Part shown: piece by piece, positions 60,981-64,000 of the stretch
Layout of the letters: each line of letters starts with the position of its first letter
Numbering within the stretch: position 1 is the first letter of the stretch
Assembly: GCF_006345805.1 (NCBI RefSeq)
Contig: NC_043022.1
Span: 17,484,001 to 17,548,000, forward strand
Direction: 5' to 3'
DNA length: 64,000 nucleotides
From: Octopus sinensis
Lineage: Eukaryota
Notes under the pieces: generated by a model
Database searches by the model: none
What the model was told of the DNA's origin: nothing
What the model saw: the letters and a program-made list of their open reading frames with translations, nothing else
Position numbers and translations under genes: made by a program

Positions 60981-63900
60981 ATCAAGCACAGAGATATAGC
61001 AACTGCTCTGTTAACATCACAAAAATAAATCCTAGTAATACTATGAACCTATAACTTGCAAATAAAAATTGGAAAGTTCCAAAAAGAGATACTCAGATGC
61101 ATATTTTCCATGGGGGAAAAATCTTGACATTTGAGGAACAAGAAAGACCTTGGTCAGAAAATATTGCAGCAATGAAGGATCTACTGAAGAAGAGTAACCA
61201 AACTGAGACATGAAATAAGGTTAATTTTTTGGTTTTGAATAGAACAAAATCTCTTAAACAAACCTAAAATATTCAAGCAACTTACATATACCTGTTCATA
61301 ACTGCGCACTTCTTTTTAGGGCTTTAAGTGGAAAGAAAAATGAGCAGGTGATATCATATAAAACAAGTGGTATAATATCAAGCCAGGTGTGGGGACCAAG
61401 TGCAGTTGCAGTGCATTGCTGCATTCACCAGTTGTTGGTATATTCCAAGTCCCTCTATTGAGCAGTAAAAGGACGTATCTCTGTGTCTGTGTAGAGTCAT
61501 TGGTTGAATATGAAATCCAACCAATGATAGTCCATAATCCTACAAAGCATCTGATCAAACAAATTGCATTTATTGGAATTACCAAGAATAGATAAACTGG
61601 TAAATGTCTTTCATTAGTCAGTCAAACCAAAGAAGCACTTTTCCCTCTAAATTGCATATTTAAATCAAAATTCCCTGCAACTATAGTCTCTGCATTAAAT
61701 ATTTACACTTATAACATTTTCCTTTACACAAATTTGTTGGGTGTGAAAAATTCTTTTCTTTTTTGTGATGAAAATTCTGCCAGGATTGCAAGGAAAGACT
61801 TCAAGTAAATAAAGCAGCCCTAGTGAATTGTTTTGCCAAACCCAAATATTATAATTTAAGCTGTAGAATGGTTTGACTTTTGTAAGTTCTTGACTATATA
61901 TATAATCTAAAATTTATTATTTGTCAGAATTTATTAAATTTACATGGTATTTGCAAGCTATCATGTGAATTTGGAGGGCTAGACTTTTCCTTAATCAAAC
62001 TTAAGAAACCCTTGACTCAGAAAGAATCATCACCAGCATCATCATCAGCAACAACATTCCAAGAGGTAAATATTTCAAAAGTACAAAGCTTTTCTCACGT
62101 CACCAGTGTTTCCTTTCCTCAAAAGCATTTGAAGAGTTAGGACACTTCAGGCATTTGGGCACAGGAGGATTATTTCACTCCAGAAACTCTAATTTATATC
62201 AAATAAGCGCACATTATATCAATGCTAGAGGGGAAGAGATTTATCTGATTTGTGAATGTTCAATAAATAAACCACATAGTAATAATTATTAATTCATTAG
62301 ACATCTAAAACGATTGATATTAGGCTTGTCTTTGCCAGGGTAAGAGCAAAGTGCAGTAACCAGACAAACTATGATACAGGTGTAATTCTTAAGATTGGCC
62401 AACGATTACACCTGTATCAAGTCTTCAAAATGAGATAGCAATTCCTGTTTTTAAACGAAGCACATTATAATGTACAGTTTACTGATAGTTGTGAAACACT
62501 TGCAGAATATAAACTCTTCTACAGAGAATATAGTGAGAGAATTACATGGCATTTATGGTAGCTTGTTATCTTGTGCTGGACAAATAATATACAGACATGC
62601 ATTACAAACTTGAATAGGTTCCATTTATATTTGGTAACAGAATCAACTAAACTCTACATTGTAAGTCCAAATGTTTTTGTATAATGGATGAGTGTGTGTG
62701 TGTGTGTGTGCAAGTATTAGACAGGTGAAGGCAGTTTCTGTTTGTGCACATAGGAATGTATGTTGCACAAATGTTGTCTGCACTTGATTCTAAATACATA
62801 GGGTCAAGTACTCCAATCTTAATATATCTTGATAATTAAAGATTTCCAAGCAGAATACTACCTGCTCTCATTGAAATTAGAACTTTTTCTTTGGAATTAA
62901 TGAAATCTGTGAAACCTGCATATGTCAATGCTACCATATTAAAATAAGGAGCTTCAAGATTACCTAATGATATATATGCCAAACTTCTTATGAGGGTTAA
63001 AAAAACCTCTTATAAGATCACAAAAGCAAAGGGTAGACTCATGAACACATTCAACCTATCTCTACTTCTGTTGCTCAATGAAGACTAGACTTTGCTTGCC
63101 ATTGCCATTGTACCAAACACCAGACCATGTCAGGTTATATATTCTGCAGATTTCTGCACCCTAATAAAAGACAAGGACCACTCAACTGCACTGACGCTAT
63201 TGGTTGAGACAAATCATAAGACTGAGGCCCTATCAATGCAGATGGGAAACAAAGATTGCTGGTATAGATATATCACAGTTGCTGCTACTTTAAGAAGAAT
63301 CAACAAATGAATGGATGGGAAAAGAGTAAAGAAAATTTGAGTGAAAACTCGAAGTCTCCATTGCTAAGATTCAGAGAGGTACATTCTAAATATTTGCATA
63401 AAGATTGTGCATAGAGGATAGAATACTTGAGTCTTACAGAGGAATAAGACTTGTGATTTGAGCACTGGTAGGTTAGTGGTGTGAGGATCCAGGCTGGATA
63501 GAAGTCCACTTATAGAGGAAATAGAATAAAACTATTCTTGTCATTTTCACAAAAGGGGTAGCTTTTGGAGGGAAAAGGATGACAAAAATTACTGCTTTGA
63601 TCTCTGTAAGTAGTCCAAGATGGTCTCTTGAATTTCTACCCTCACAGACCCTATTCTTTAGCATAGCTGGTCATTATGTAAGCCCCTAAAGACAATGTGA
63701 AAACTTTGTCAAGAATTTTCATATTTGTAGTCAATTTCTGAATTGAATAATCTATTTTTTTAAGGTTAAGTGGTATTAAAGTAGTTGCATTAAAACAAAT
63801 TTTGCTTGATACAAAACGTATGCATGCTGTTGACAAATTTATTTCACCTTGTTTACAGGCCATTGAGGAATCATCTGGCCAGTTATAAATCTCACACCAT

Positions 63901-64000
63901 AACTATCTTCAAAAAGTGAGGACACATTCAATTATGTAAATATAGAATACAGGAATCCTCCCCTCACCAGTTATGAATATTGCTGTTAGAACTGAGTTTG

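Overview
This is AT-rich, intron-rich animal genomic DNA, not prokaryotic, so most entries in the supplied ORF track are spurious. The repeat content (very abundant RTE-type LINE 3' ends with (GAT)n tails, three tRNA-derived SINE families, long (TA)n/(TACA)n microsatellites) suggests an octopus or other coleoid cephalopod (inference). One complete gene can be assembled by hand on the + strand: eight coding exons (41362-59102) encoding a 376-aa JmjC 2-oxoglutarate/Fe(II) oxygenase of the JMJD6/JMJD4/JMJD8 group. It has a signal peptide, an intact HxD...H triad and a C-terminal REEL ER-retrieval-like motif. The 5' part of an unidentified minus-strand gene lies to the left, with a first coding exon at 14620-14531 and CpG-rich promoter-like islands near 15, 32 and 39.5 kb. 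The rest is mostly decayed LINEs (RTE, CR1-like, R4/Dong-like), Tc1/mariner and hAT remnants, SINEs and simple repeats. The most notable observations are: (1) the probably ER-luminal JmjC enzyme; (2) a chain of three uORFs in its predicted leader, each ending in an ATGA overlap with the next start; (3) a ~546-bp foldback palindrome in its first intron, plus a ~297-bp inverted duplication that brackets the promoter; (4) a GC-AG intron with an in-frame competing GT donor. All calls were made by eye, and repeat boundaries are approximate.
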